A DNA stretch of 64,000 bases from Ferrovibrio sp. (lineage in GTDB: Bacteria > Pseudomonadota > Alphaproteobacteria > Ferrovibrionales > Ferrovibrionaceae), in NCBI RefSeq assembly GCF_002796975.1, contig NZ_PEKV01000003.1, positions 14,870-78,869 of the forward strand. The letters run 5' to 3'. Position 1 is the first letter of the stretch. The number at the start of each line of letters is the position of its first letter. A program made the translations under genes and the position numbers. This document shows, in pieces, positions 1 to 9,859 of this stretch. A model generated the notes under the pieces. The model had not been told where the DNA came from and made no database searches. It worked only from the letters and a program-made list of their open reading frames with translations.

Positions 1-2
1 GC

Positions 3-617
3 TGGCATGGCGCCGATATCGCGAAACTGCCGAACCTGAAATGGCTCGGCTATCTCTCCACCAGCGGCGTCTATGGCGACACCGATGGAAACTGGGTGGA
101 TGAAACCACCCCGGTCAACCCGAACCAGACACGCAGCAGGCGTCGCGCCGAAGCAGAGGCCGGCTGGCTGCGGCTGCAGGCTGAGCAGGGCGTGCCGGTG
201 CATGTGTTTCGTCTGGCCGGCATCTATGGCCCTGGCCGCAACCAGCTTGAAGGCGTGCGGCGCGGCACCGCGCATCGCATCAACAAGCCGGGGCAGGTGT
301 TCTGCCGCATTCATGTCGAGGATATCGCGCAGGTGCTGCAGGCCTCGATGGCGCAGCCCGATCCGGGCGCGATCTATAATGTTGCCGATGACGAGCCGGC
401 GCCGCCGCAGGATGTGGTGGCCTATGCCGCTGAATTGCTCGGTGTGACACCGCCGCCGGACGTGCCGTTCGAACAGGCGCAGTTATCGCCGATGGCGGCG
501 AGTTTCTATGGCGATAACCGCCGTGTGCGGAATGATCGCATCAAGTCAGACCTCGGCGTGACGCTGAAATACCCGACCTATCGCGAAGGGCTGAAGGCGC
601 TGCAGTCGAGCCTGTAA
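3..617 (+). CDS. Atypical SDR / NAD-dependent epimerase-dehydratase family protein (5' part outside window)
   Basis: Frame is open from the window edge. Reads WLGYLSTSGVYGD..G.WVDE, then FRLAGIYGPGR, RIHVEDIA and YNVADDEP, typical of YeeZ-like SDRs. Confidence 0.85.
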   Translation, partial: WHGADIAKLPNLKWLGYLSTSGVYGDTDGNWVDETTPVNPNQTRSRRRAEAEAGWLRLQAEQGVPVHVFRLAGIYGPGRNQLEGVRRGTAHRINKPGQVFCRIHVEDIAQVLQASMAQPDPGAIYNVADDEPAPPQDVVAYAAELLGVTPPPDVPFEQAQLSPMAASFYGDNRRVRNDRIKSDLGVTLKYPTYREGLKALQSSL

Positions 618-1120
618 AAGGCCACCAGTTCCGGCGCGGGCCGGATCGGCGTCTGGTCCATGCGCTGCTCGACGAACTGCATGCCGAGCCGGCGTAACGC
701 TGCCAGCGACGCGGCATTGTCGACCTGCGCGACGGCATTCAGATGGTTCAGGCGCAGGGCTGCGATGGCGCCGGCGACAAATGGCCGCAGGATTTCGCTC
801 AGATAGCCCTGGCCGTGAAAGGCTTCGCCGAGCCAGTAGCCCATGCTGCCGGTACGCTGTGTCTCATCGATCACGGCGATGCCGAGCCAGCCCATCGCGG
901 CGTTGTCCGATTTACGCTCGGCGATGCGGCTGAAGGCGGTGCCGGCGTCGTTGGCGGCGATGGCGCGGGTCAGGCGTTCGGTGGCGGCCTCGATGCTGAA
1001 GGGGCTTGGCCAGGTGGCGACCCAGCGGCTGACATTCGGCGTCATCATGGCAGAGACGGCCGCGGCATCTCCGACCCGCAGCGGACGCAGCCGCACGCGC
1101 GCCGTCTCCAGCACTGTCAT
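578..1120 (-). CDS. RimJ/RimL-type GNAT N-acetyltransferase
   Basis: Start at ATG 1120 (MTVLETARVRLRPLR) overlaps the upstream stop. Contains GYWLGEAFHGQGY and N.AS..AL.RLGM motifs. Confidence 0.85.
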   Translation of the reverse strand: MTVLETARVRLRPLRVGDAAAVSAMMTPNVSRWVATWPSPFSIEAATERLTRAIAANDAGTAFSRIAERKSDNAAMGWLGIAVIDETQRTGSMGYWLGEAFHGQGYLSEILRPFVAGAIAALRLNHLNAVAQVDNAASLAALRRLGMQFVEQRMDQTPIRPAPELVAFYRLDCSAFSPSR

Positions 1121-1872
1121 GTCAGGCCGAGCACGGTGCGGACCAGCAGCTCGATATCCTGCGGGCGCGACAGGCGATGGTCGCCGTCGCGCAAGAGCGT
1201 CAGCTGCGTATCGCCGCCCTGGAAGGCGGCGGCCGTCTTCACCGCATGCTGGTAGGGCACATCCGGATCCATCATACCCTGCAGGATGCGCACCGGCCTG
1301 TCGTAGACGATGCCGGGCTTCAGGATCATGTGATCGCGACCCTCGGTGATCAGCTTCAGCGTATATTCGTAAGGCTGGTCGGAATACTGCGAGGGCTCGC
1401 GCAGGATGCCGTCGCGCAGCAGCACGGCACGCTGCGCCTCGGTCATCCCGGCCCACATCAGGTCTTCGGTGAAATCCAGCGCCGGTGCGATCAGCACCAG
1501 ACCGGCGGTGCGGTCGGGCAGCGCCAGTGCTGCCAGCGTCGCCAGCCAGCCGCCCATGCTCGATCCGACCACGATCTGCGGTGCGGGTCCGCAGATCTCG
1601 CGCAGGATGCTGAGCGTGTCTTCCTTCCAGCGGCCGATGCTGCCGTCGAGGAAATTGCCGTCCGACTGGCCATGGCCGAAATAGTCGAAGCGCACATAAC
1701 CGAGGCCCTGCTGCTGCGCCGCCTGTTCCAGCGCCACCGCCTTGGTGCCGGTCATGTCGGAACGAAAACCGCCGCAGAACAGGATGCCGGGCTTGTGCGG
1801 ATCATGGGCCGGCGTGGCGTGATAGGCGAGGCGGGTGCCGTCAGGGCGGGTTAGAAATCTGGTATCGCTCAT
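1117..1872 (-). CDS. Alpha/beta hydrolase (ABHD10-like esterase)
   Basis: FCGGFRSDMTGTKA, RFDYFGHGQS, nucleophile elbow GSSMGG, D..VP and GDHRLS catalytic motifs. Confidence 0.9.
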   Translation of the reverse strand: MSDTRFLTRPDGTRLAYHATPAHDPHKPGILFCGGFRSDMTGTKAVALEQAAQQQGLGYVRFDYFGHGQSDGNFLDGSIGRWKEDTLSILREICGPAPQIVVGSSMGGWLATLAALALPDRTAGLVLIAPALDFTEDLMWAGMTEAQRAVLLRDGILREPSQYSDQPYEYTLKLITEGRDHMILKPGIVYDRPVRILQGMMDPDVPYQHAVKTAAAFQGGDTQLTLLRDGDHRLSRPQDIELLVRTVLGLT

Positions 1873-1877
1873 CCGTC

Positions 1878-3125
1878 TTATCTAACGCTTTCGGCCGCCG
1901 GCCGCCATGCCGCCGCGCGCTGCTGCGCCGCGGCCTGAATATCCGGCGTCAGCTTGGGCAGCAGGCTCTGCCGGTTGCGCTCGGCGAGATCATATTTTCC
2001 GGCGGCGATGGTGAACCACATCAGCGCCTCGGTCATGTCCTGCGGCACGCCTTTGCCGTCGCGCAACAGGAGGGCAAGATTGTTCTGCGAGGTCAGATGC
2101 CCGACATCGGCATTGCGCCGGTAGATGCTGGCCGCGTGGGCAGCGTCCTGCGGTACGAAATATCCGTTATTCAGCGCATAGGCGACGTCGAAGCGCTGAG
2201 CGGCATCGGGCAGCTGGGCCGCCTGCGCGATCAGCGCCTGCATCCTGGCCTCATCCTTGGGCAGCGAGAGTCCGAAACGATAGGCCTCGGCCAGCGACAA
2301 CAGGGCGCGGGCGCTGCCGGCCTTGGCTGCGACTTCCAGATCGGCAATCACGTCATGGAACAGCGCTGTCGAGTCGGTTTTTGGCGGCGCGGCGGGATTC
2401 AGTGCGCGCCGTTTTTCCTCAATGATGCCGTCGGCCAGAACCATCGCCGCCAGCCGCGACAGGCCGGGTTTCATGCGCTCGTCATACAGTGTCTGCAGCA
2501 TCACTGTATCGGCTTCAGTCATATCGAAGACTATGCGCACGGTGTAATAGCTCATCACCGAATGCAGCTTGTGGGGATGGCCACGCAGACCGAAGGCATG
2601 CAGCATTTCGTGGTTGATGCACTGCGTCAGGTCGGACCTGGTGCCGAGATTGATATGCAGCTCAGCGCGGTTGAACGCGCCGGTCCACTGATGGCTGTTC
2701 CACGATGTCAGGCAGCCGGCCTTGCCGCCGTTGCTGGAGCGCAGGTTATCGGTGTTGCGGAAGACGAGAATGAAGTTGGCCGTAGCTTCGGTGCCTTCGC
2801 TGACGGAAACGCCGGCAATGGCTGCTACCCGCTTCAGGCTTGCGATCGTTTCCGCGATCCGCGCCTTGTCATAAGTCATGCCATCGACGCGGTACACGAC
2901 CGGCCGGGTCCATTTGGCCACAATCCCGGTCATCGTGGCGCCACTGCCATAACCTGTGGTGCCCTGCGACTTGTCGGCATAAAGGGCGGCTATGTCGAAG
3001 CCGCGCAGGATGTCGGCGTGCGAAGGATTCTTCCCGGTGGTCTGCGCGACCGCAGTTGCAGCCAGAAATCCCGACAGGCCGATAATTGCAGCGATCCCGC
3101 CAAATCCGCGCATGCTTCCCCCCAA
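1878..3125 (-). CDS. Exported DUF2927-like/metzincin-type peptidase domain fused to three Sel1-like repeats (paralog 1)
   Basis: N-terminal signal peptide, HEMLHAFGLRGH followed by SVMSY, and C-terminal Sel1 repeats (NNLALLLRDGKGVPQDMTEALMWF). Confidence 0.7.
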   Translation of the reverse strand: MGGSMRGFGGIAAIIGLSGFLAATAVAQTTGKNPSHADILRGFDIAALYADKSQGTTGYGSGATMTGIVAKWTRPVVYRVDGMTYDKARIAETIASLKRVAAIAGVSVSEGTEATANFILVFRNTDNLRSSNGGKAGCLTSWNSHQWTGAFNRAELHINLGTRSDLTQCINHEMLHAFGLRGHPHKLHSVMSYYTVRIVFDMTEADTVMLQTLYDERMKPGLSRLAAMVLADGIIEEKRRALNPAAPPKTDSTALFHDVIADLEVAAKAGSARALLSLAEAYRFGLSLPKDEARMQALIAQAAQLPDAAQRFDVAYALNNGYFVPQDAAHAASIYRRNADVGHLTSQNNLALLLRDGKGVPQDMTEALMWFTIAAGKYDLAERNRQSLLPKLTPDIQAAAQQRAAAWRPAAESVR

Positions 3126-3210
3126 AGTTCGCCGCCGAATTTGCCGGGATGCTACCGTAAATACCCCTGTCTCTGGAAGACTCCCGTAAAGATGGATATT
3201 CTGATTCAGG

Positions 3211-4503
3211 CTAGCGGGGAGGCTCTGCCACCGGCCGCCATGCCGCCGCGCGGCGTAAAGCCTCCTGCTGCTGGGCCGGCGGCAGGTTCTGCATCAGTGC
3301 CCGCCGGCTGCGTTCGGCCATGGCCACCTTGCCGCGCGCCGCCAGAATGAACCAGCTCAGCGCTGCCACAGGATCGGCCGGCACGCCGATCCCGTCGCGC
3401 AGCATCACCGCGTAGTTGTTCTGCGATACGGCATGGCCCAGTTCGGCATTGCGACGATAAAGTGCTGCGGCGCGCGTGCTATCCTTGGGCATGTAGCGTC
3501 CGCTGGAGAGTGCATGCGCCAGATCGAAACGCGCCACCACATCGGGGGTGGCCGAGGCGCGCTCGATCCAGGCGGTCATGCGCGCCGGATCCTTCGGCAT
3601 GCCGTAGCCCTGCCAGGCCGCTTCGGCCAGATACATCATGGCCCGCACGTTTCCTCTCGCCGCCGCCTTGTCGAGATCGGCGATGACGTCGCGCAGCACC
3701 GGCGCGGCATCGGTTTTCGCCGGGGCGCGCGGATTGAGGCTGCGGCGATTTGCTTCGATCAGGCTGTCGGTGATGCTCAGCGCCGCCAGTCGTGACATCG
3801 CCGGCCGGATGCGCGGATCGTACAGGCTGCGCAGCATCACGATATCGGCCTCGGTCATCTCGGCCATCTGGTCGCCGACATGATAGCTCAGCACCGAATG
3901 CAGGCGGTGCGGATGGTTCATCAGGCCGAAGCCATGCAGAATTTCATGCCGCACGCAGCGTTCCAGGCTGGGCGCCGCCAGATTGATCTGCAGCTTCGCC
4001 CACTGCATCTGCCCGGTGGTGTTGAAATTGTAGGTCAGGAAGCAGACCGCCTTGCGGTCGCCGATGTTGTATCCGGCGGCATTGCCGAAGGTGAGCGTGT
4101 AGTTGGCCTCGCTCGGCGCTTTCGCCGCCCGCACCTCGATCCCGGCCAGTGCGGCCTGCTGCTGCAGCGTGGCAATGGCGAGGTTGATGGCCTCGGGCCG
4201 CGAGCGCAGGCCTTCAATTTTGTAGACGATCGGTGTCTGCCACTTCACGATCATGCCGACCGGGTCGTAGCTGCCGCCATAGGCGACATCCTCGCGGCTC
4301 GCCGACAGCGCACTGGCATCGAAGCCGCGCAGGATGTCTTCATGCGTCGGGTTGCGGCTGGGCGCCTCGACCAGGGCGACCGCCGTGCCGAGGCCGGCCA
4401 GCAGCAGGCTTGCTGCCAGCGCCAGCGTCGCGAACCACCGCCGGATCAGGCTTTTTACAGGCCGCACAGTCTTATTCCTCACCCCGTCCATCTCTTTGGC
4501 CAT
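3211..4503 (-). CDS. Exported DUF2927-like/metzincin-type peptidase domain fused to three Sel1-like repeats (paralog 2); start uncertain
   Basis: Signal peptide, HEILHGFGLMNH followed by SVLSY, Sel1 repeats. Colinear with paralog 1 (NPTHEDILRGFD vs NPSHADILRGFD). Confidence 0.7.
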   Translation of the reverse strand: MAKEMDGVRNKTVRPVKSLIRRWFATLALAASLLLAGLGTAVALVEAPSRNPTHEDILRGFDASALSASREDVAYGGSYDPVGMIVKWQTPIVYKIEGLRSRPEAINLAIATLQQQAALAGIEVRAAKAPSEANYTLTFGNAAGYNIGDRKAVCFLTYNFNTTGQMQWAKLQINLAAPSLERCVRHEILHGFGLMNHPHRLHSVLSYHVGDQMAEMTEADIVMLRSLYDPRIRPAMSRLAALSITDSLIEANRRSLNPRAPAKTDAAPVLRDVIADLDKAAARGNVRAMMYLAEAAWQGYGMPKDPARMTAWIERASATPDVVARFDLAHALSSGRYMPKDSTRAAALYRRNAELGHAVSQNNYAVMLRDGIGVPADPVAALSWFILAARGKVAMAERSRRALMQNLPPAQQQEALRRAAAWRPVAEPPR

Positions 4504-4593
4504 CTCTTTGGGCCCGGCGGGCTTGCCAGCCGCGCGGCTTTGCGCTACCCGGCAGGCGGCCTATACTGGCCCCTCCCTCCTTGCGCGCCCTTG

Positions 4594-5790
4594 ATGTCAG
4601 ATATTCCGATTTCTACTGCAGACCAGCCCAGTTCGGGAAGACCGCCGGCGGTGATGCAGGTGCTGCCCGCGCTAGTCACCGGCGGCGTCGAGCGTGGCAC
4701 GGTGGATACCGCCAAGGCGCTGGCCAAGGCCGGCTGGGTCTCCTATGTGGTGTCGGCCGGTGGCCCGATGGTGCGTGAGCTGGAACGCGCCGGCGCCAAA
4801 CACATCACGCTGCCGGTCAACAGCAAGAATCCTTTCGTGATGCGCAAGAACACCGCGCGGCTGGAAGAGCTGATCCGCAGCCTGCCGGTCGATCTGGTGC
4901 ATGTGCGGTCGCGCGCGCCGGCCTGGTCGGCCACCGCCGCGGCGGAGCGCTGCGGCGTGCCGTTCGTCACGACGTTTCACAATGCCTACAAGTCGCACAA
5001 CTGGTTCAAGAAACTCTGGGCCAGCCCGATGGCCAAGGGCGACAGCGTGGTGGCGATCTCGGATTTCGTCGCCGATTACGCCAACAAGGCCTTCGGCGTG
5101 CCGCGCGCGCGGCTGGTCACCATTCCGCGCGGCACCGATCTGGCCAAATTCGATCCCAGCCGCATCTATCCCGAACGCATGTCCAATCTGCAGCAGCAGT
5201 GGCGCCTGACCGACGGCCTGCCGGTGATCCTGCTGCCGGGCCGGCTGACGCGCTGGAAGGGCCATACTGTTCTGTTGCGTGCACTCAAGATCCTGGCCGA
5301 GCGGCATGACGGCAGGCAGGATTTCACCGCCGTGCTGCTCGGTTCGGGCCGCGACGGCTATCGCGCCGAGCTCGAAGGCCTGATCCGCGACTATCATCTG
5401 GACCGCAGCGTGCGCATCCCCGGCGACGGCAAGGACATGCCGGCGGCCTATATGCTGGCCGATGTGGTGGTCTCGGCCTCCACCTTCCCCGAAGGCTTCG
5501 GTCGTGTGGCGGTGGAAGCGCAGGCGATGGGCAAGCCGGTGATCGCCACCGATCACGGCGGCTCGCGCGAAACCGTGCTGCCGGGCGAAACCGGCTGGCT
5601 GGTCAAGGCGGGCGATGCCAAGGCGCTGGCCGATGCGCTGGACGAGGCGCTGCACCTGACGCCGGAGCGCCGCATGGAAATTTCCGCCCGCGCGCGACAG
5701 CATGTGTCGGCGAATTTCACGGTGGACGCGATGTGCGAGGCCTATATCAGGGTCTACACGCGCCTGCTGTTTCCCAGCCACAACGACTGA
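4594..5790 (+). CDS. Glycosyltransferase family 4 (GT-B)
   Basis: Start at ATG 4594. QVLPALVTGGVERG, GRLTRWKG, EGFGRVAVEAQAMGKPVIAT motifs. Confidence 0.92.
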   Translation: MSDIPISTADQPSSGRPPAVMQVLPALVTGGVERGTVDTAKALAKAGWVSYVVSAGGPMVRELERAGAKHITLPVNSKNPFVMRKNTARLEELIRSLPVDLVHVRSRAPAWSATAAAERCGVPFVTTFHNAYKSHNWFKKLWASPMAKGDSVVAISDFVADYANKAFGVPRARLVTIPRGTDLAKFDPSRIYPERMSNLQQQWRLTDGLPVILLPGRLTRWKGHTVLLRALKILAERHDGRQDFTAVLLGSGRDGYRAELEGLIRDYHLDRSVRIPGDGKDMPAAYMLADVVVSASTFPEGFGRVAVEAQAMGKPVIATDHGGSRETVLPGETGWLVKAGDAKALADALDEALHLTPERRMEISARARQHVSANFTVDAMCEAYIRVYTRLLFPSHND

Positions 5791-5806
5791 AAATAGCACC
5801 CTCATA

Positions 5807-5893
5807 TGTCATGGCCGGGCTTGTCCCGGCCATCCACGTCTTTTCTTTTGCAGACAGAAGGCGTGGATGCCCGGCACAAGGCCGGGCATGACA
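5807..5893. repeat. REP-like palindromic dyad (GTCAT...ATGAC family, CATCCACG/CGTGGATG subtype)
   Basis: tgtcatggccgggcttgtcccggccatccacg ... cgtggatgcccggcacaaggccgggcatgaca; lies between convergent genes. Confidence 0.85.
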
Positions 5894-5903
5894 CTATGAG
5901 GCA

Positions 5904-6932
5904 TTACCGCAGCGGGATGGCGTACATCAGGCCGCCTTTGGTCCACAGGTCGTTCAGGCCGCGCTCCAGCTTCACCGGGCTGCCCTTGCCCAGGTTGCGC
6001 TCAAAGCTTTCGCCGTAATTGCCGATCTGCTTGACGATCCAGTAGGCCCATTTCTCGTCGAGGCCGAGCGCCTTGCCATAACCGGGCGTGACGCCGGTGA
6101 AGCGCTTGATCACCGGGTCGTCGCTTTTCAGCATCCCGTCGATATTCGTCTGCGTGATGCCGAGTTCCTCGGCTTCCTTCAGCGCCAGCAGAGCCCATTT
6201 CACGATCTGGTACCACTGGTCGTCGCCCTGGCGCACCATCGGACCCAGCGGCTCCTTGGAGATGCGCTCGGGCAGGATGATGTAGTCATCCGGCGGATTG
6301 AGCGCCGTGACGCGCACGGCGGCAAGCTGCGAGGCATCGGTGGTGTAGACATCGCAGCGGCCGGAGCTGAAGGCGGCGATGTTTTCATCCACCTTCTCGA
6401 TCACCACCGCCTTGAAGGTCATGTTCATCTTGCGGAAGTAATCGGCGAGGTTCAGCTCGGTGGTGGTGCCGGGCTGCACGCAGACGGTCGAGCCGTTCAG
6501 CTCCTTCGCGCTTTTCACGCCCAGCTTCTTGTTCACGATGAAGCCCTGGCCGTCGTAGAAATTCACCCCGGCCTCGCGCAGGCCCAGCGCCACGTCGCGC
6601 AGCAGCGTCTGCGTCACATTGCGGGTCAGCACGTCGATCTCGCCCGATTGCAGCGCGACGAAGCGCTGCTGCGCGGTCAGTGCGGTATATTTGATCTTGC
6701 TGGAATCGCCGAACACCGCGGCTGCCACGGCACGGCACATGTCGACATCGATGCCGGTCCACAGGCCCTGGCTGTCGGGTGCGGAAAAGCCGGCAACGCT
6801 GCCGTTGACGCCGCATTGCACGAAGCCCTTCGCCCTGACGGCATCGAGCGTGGCGCCGGCCAAAGCGGCCGGGCTGGTGGCGGCCAGGCCGGCGGTGGCC
6901 AGCATGGCGGCGAGAATGATTCTGATACGCAT
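5904..6932 (-). CDS. aapJ: General L-amino-acid ABC transporter periplasmic binding protein (AapJ/BztA family)
   Basis: Start at ATG 6932 with signal peptide. G.DVD.CRAVAAA, RF.ALQSGEIDVL, ISKEPLGP.VR.GD, GNYGE.FERNLG motifs. Confidence 0.9.
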   Translation of the reverse strand: MRIRIILAAMLATAGLAATSPAALAGATLDAVRAKGFVQCGVNGSVAGFSAPDSQGLWTGIDVDMCRAVAAAVFGDSSKIKYTALTAQQRFVALQSGEIDVLTRNVTQTLLRDVALGLREAGVNFYDGQGFIVNKKLGVKSAKELNGSTVCVQPGTTTELNLADYFRKMNMTFKAVVIEKVDENIAAFSSGRCDVYTTDASQLAAVRVTALNPPDDYIILPERISKEPLGPMVRQGDDQWYQIVKWALLALKEAEELGITQTNIDGMLKSDDPVIKRFTGVTPGYGKALGLDEKWAYWIVKQIGNYGESFERNLGKGSPVKLERGLNDLWTKGGLMYAIPLR

Positions 6933-7105
6933 GGATTGCCCCTGTTTTTTGCGGCGGTTGATCCGCCCGGTTATGCGAGGTCCATGCCAGCATATTCTGC
7001 CCGCCAGACCCAGCAGATTCGTATCGGTCGCCGGTCGCTGGCGCCGAAAGCGGCAGTCGGGCTGCCCGACTGCCCGCAAACCGGCCGGCGGGGCCGGGCA
7101 CGCGC

Positions 7106-7133
7106 TTGACAGGGGGGGCAGGGCGGCTAGGCT
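7106..7133 (+). promoter_or_regulatory. Putative sigma70 promoter of thrS
   Basis: TTGACA-N16-TAGGCT ending 26 nt before the thrS ATG. Confidence 0.55.
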
Positions 7134-7159
7134 GCGCCCCCTTGGAGGTCCGCTAAACC

Positions 7160-9145
7160 ATGTCAAATCCTGCTGTTTCTGCCGCCGAAGTCCGCGTCAC
7201 CCTGCCCGATGGCAGCGTGCGAACTTACGCGTCCGGCAGCACCGGCGCGGATGTGGCGGCCAGCATCGGCGCCGGCCTGGCCAAGGCGGCGCTGGCGATC
7301 CGCCTGGATGGCGCGCTGAAGGACCTCAAGACGCCGATCAGGAGCGATGCGAAGCTCGAGATCGTGACGATGAAGGACAAGAACGAGGCCGAGCTGCTCG
7401 ACCTGATCCGTCATGACGGCGCGCATGTGATGGCGCAGGCCGTGCAGGAACTGTTCCCCGGCACGCAGATCACCTTCGGGCCTTCGACCGACGACGGCTT
7501 CTATTACGACTTCGTGCGCGACGAGCCTTTCACGCCCGACGATTTCACCAGGATCGAACAGCGCATGGCCGAGATCGTGAAACGCGATCTGCCGATCACG
7601 CGCGAGGAATGGGCGCCGGAAAAGGCGGTCGATTACTTCAAGTCGATCGGCGAGACCTACAAGGCCGAATGGGTGGCGGAAATCGCCAAGCGCGGCGAGG
7701 CGATCTCGATCTATCGCCAGGGCGACAGCTGGCTCGACCTCTGCATGGGTCCGCATCTGCCTTCCACCGGCAAGCTGCCGCCGGTGTTCAAGATCATGAA
7801 AGTGTCGGGCGCCTACTGGCGCGGCGATGCCAATAACCGCCAGCTGCAGCGCATCTATGCGACGGCCTGGCGCGACCAGAAGGAACTCGACGCTTACCTG
7901 AAGCGTCTCGAAGAGGCCGAGAAGCGCGACCATCGTCGCCTCGGCAAGGAAATGGGTCTCTTCCATCAGCAGGAAGAAGCCGCCGGCATGGTGTTCTGGC
8001 ATCCCAAGGGCTGGACGCTGTATCGCACCCTGGAAGCCTACATGCGTCAGCGCCTGGAAAAGGCGAAGTATGTCGAAGTGAAGACGCCGCAGCTGGTCGA
8101 CCGCAAGCTGTGGGAAGCCTCGGGCCACTGGGAGAAGTTCCGCGAAAGCATGTATATCGCGGAAAATGAAGAGGGCATCCGCGACTTCGCGAACAATCCC
8201 GACGAGCGCATCTTCGCGCTGAAGCCGATGAATTGCCCCTGCCATGTGCAGATCTTCAACCAGGGCCTCAAGAGCTATCGCGACCTGCCGCTGCGCATGG
8301 CCGAATTCGGCTCCTGCCACCGTTTCGAGCCGGGCGGCGCGCTGCATGGCATCATGCGCGTGCGCAACTTCACGCAGGACGACGCGCATATCTTCTGCAC
8401 CGAAGACCAGATCATCTCGGAGAGCAAGATTTTCTGCGACCTGCTGCAGTCGATCTACAAGGACATGGGCTTCACCGAGATCAAGGTGAAGTTCTCCGAC
8501 CGTCCGGCCAAACGCGCCGGCACGGATGAGACCTGGGACAAGGCCGAGAACGCGCTGAAGGATGCCTGTGTCGCCTCCGGCCTCGACTACACGCTCAATC
8601 CCGGCGAAGGCGCCTTCTATGGTCCGAAGCTGGAATTCGTGCTGCGCGACACCATCGGCCGCGACTGGCAGTGCGGCACCTTGCAGGTCGATTTCGTGCT
8701 GCCCGAGCGCCTGGATGCCGATTACGTCGGCGCCGATGGCGCCCGCCATCGCCCGGTGATGCTGCATCGCGCGATCCTCGGCAGCTTCGAACGTTTCATC
8801 GGTATCCTGCTCGAGCAGTATGCCGGCCGGCTTCCGCTCTGGATGTCGCCGCTGCAGGCGGTGGTCGCGCCGATCGTCTCGGATTGCGACGACTATGCCC
8901 AGACGGTGGCCGACCAGCTCGATGCCGCCGGCATGCGGGTCGACACCGATCTGCGCAACGAGAAGATCAATTACAAGATCCGCGAGCTGAGCCTCGCCAA
9001 GGTTCCGGTCATCCTGGTGGTCGGCAAGAAGGAAGCGGAACAGGGTACCGTGACCCTGCGTCGCCTCGGATCCGAGCAGCAGGAAACCATTGCGCTGGCC
9101 GACGCGATTGCTAAATTGTCGGCCGAGGCCCGGATGCCTGGATGA
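7160..9145 (+). CDS. thrS: Threonyl-tRNA synthetase
   Basis: TGS domain, [52 protein letters not shown]. Confidence 0.99.
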   Translation: MSNPAVSAAEVRVTLPDGSVRTYASGSTGADVAASIGAGLAKAALAIRLDGALKDLKTPIRSDAKLEIVTMKDKNEAELLDLIRHDGAHVMAQAVQELFPGTQITFGPSTDDGFYYDFVRDEPFTPDDFTRIEQRMAEIVKRDLPITREEWAPEKAVDYFKSIGETYKAEWVAEIAKRGEAISIYRQGDSWLDLCMGPHLPSTGKLPPVFKIMKVSGAYWRGDANNRQLQRIYATAWRDQKELDAYLKRLEEAEKRDHRRLGKEMGLFHQQEEAAGMVFWHPKGWTLYRTLEAYMRQRLEKAKYVEVKTPQLVDRKLWEASGHWEKFRESMYIAENEEGIRDFANNPDERIFALKPMNCPCHVQIFNQGLKSYRDLPLRMAEFGSCHRFEPGGALHGIMRVRNFTQDDAHIFCTEDQIISESKIFCDLLQSIYKDMGFTEIKVKFSDRPAKRAGTDETWDKAENALKDACVASGLDYTLNPGEGAFYGPKLEFVLRDTIGRDWQCGTLQVDFVLPERLDADYVGADGARHRPVMLHRAILGSFERFIGILLEQYAGRLPLWMSPLQAVVAPIVSDCDDYAQTVADQLDAAGMRVDTDLRNEKINYKIRELSLAKVPVILVVGKKEAEQGTVTLRRLGSEQQETIALADAIAKLSAEARMPG

Positions 9146-9231
9146 TCCCCCGATGAGCCTTTGGGGGGATTGAATCCTGCCCCTCACGCCTTAACTATCT
9201 GATTTTGTTGCAACTACTTCAGGAGCGCGTC

Positions 9232-9774
9232 ATAGCCCGTCCCCCGTTCAATGCCCCGCCGACACCGAAAACCGATGGTCCGCGGGTCAATTTTGAGATC
9301 GACGTCCCGAACGTCCGCCTGATCGATGCCGCTGGCGAAAACCGCGGTGTTGTCCCGATCCGCGAAGCGCTGCGTCTGGCTGAAGAAGCCGGCCTCGATC
9401 TCTGCGAAATTTCCCCGAATGCCGATCCTCCCGTCGCCAAGATCCTCGATTTTGGCAAATACAAATACGAGGAGCAGAAGAAGGCAGCCGAAGCCCGCAA
9501 GAAGCAGAAGATCATCGAGATCAAGGAGATCAAGCTCCGCCCGATGATCGACACGCATGACTATGACGTGAAGATGCGGGCGATGCTGCGCTTCCTGGAA
9601 GAAGGCGACAAGGTGAAGGTCACCCTGCGCTTCCGCGGTCGCGAAATGGCGCACCAGGAACTCGGCATGAAACTGCTGGATCGCGTGCGCGACGATCTTG
9701 GCGAGAAGGCCAAGATGGAGCAGTACCCGAAGATGGAAGGGCGGCAGATGACCATGGTCATGTCGCCGAAGTAA
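9232..9774 (+). CDS. infC: Translation initiation factor IF-3 with non-canonical ATA start
   Basis: AGGAG at 9221-9225, then ATA at 9232. [44 protein letters not shown]. Confidence 0.95.
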   Translation: MARPPFNAPPTPKTDGPRVNFEIDVPNVRLIDAAGENRGVVPIREALRLAEEAGLDLCEISPNADPPVAKILDFGKYKYEEQKKAAEARKKQKIIEIKEIKLRPMIDTHDYDVKMRAMLRFLEEGDKVKVTLRFRGREMAHQELGMKLLDRVRDDLGEKAKMEQYPKMEGRQMTMVMSPK

Positions 9775-9785
9775 CCAGACCTCTC

Positions 9786-9817
9786 GAAATGGCGCCGATG
9801 CAAGTCGGCGCCATTTC
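9786..9817 (+). terminator. Hairpin/terminator after infC
   Basis: Inverted repeat gaaatggcgccga / tcggcgccatttc. Confidence 0.7.
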
Positions 9818-9859
9818 TGTATCTGCAGCATAAGAAAAATCGAAAACAGGGAGTGCGTG

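Noticed and set aside
578-617. 40-bp convergent overlap of the SDR and GNAT 3' ends (also a 6-bp dcd/membrane-protein overlap at 59250-59255)
   Set aside because: Short tail-to-tail overlaps are common in compact GC-rich genomes; nothing indicates function.
5806-6018. Short ORFs starting in REP elements (MSWPGLSRPST, MPGSSPGMT, MSSPGLSRGST, MGCRVKPGMT and similar)
   Set aside because: Translations of the palindromic repeats, not genes.
7163-9187. Long antisense ORFs opposite thrS, and likewise opposite proA, proB, dinG, the ABC exporter, murA and hisD
   Set aside because: Typical shadows of GC3-biased genes; the sense frames carry all the family motifs.
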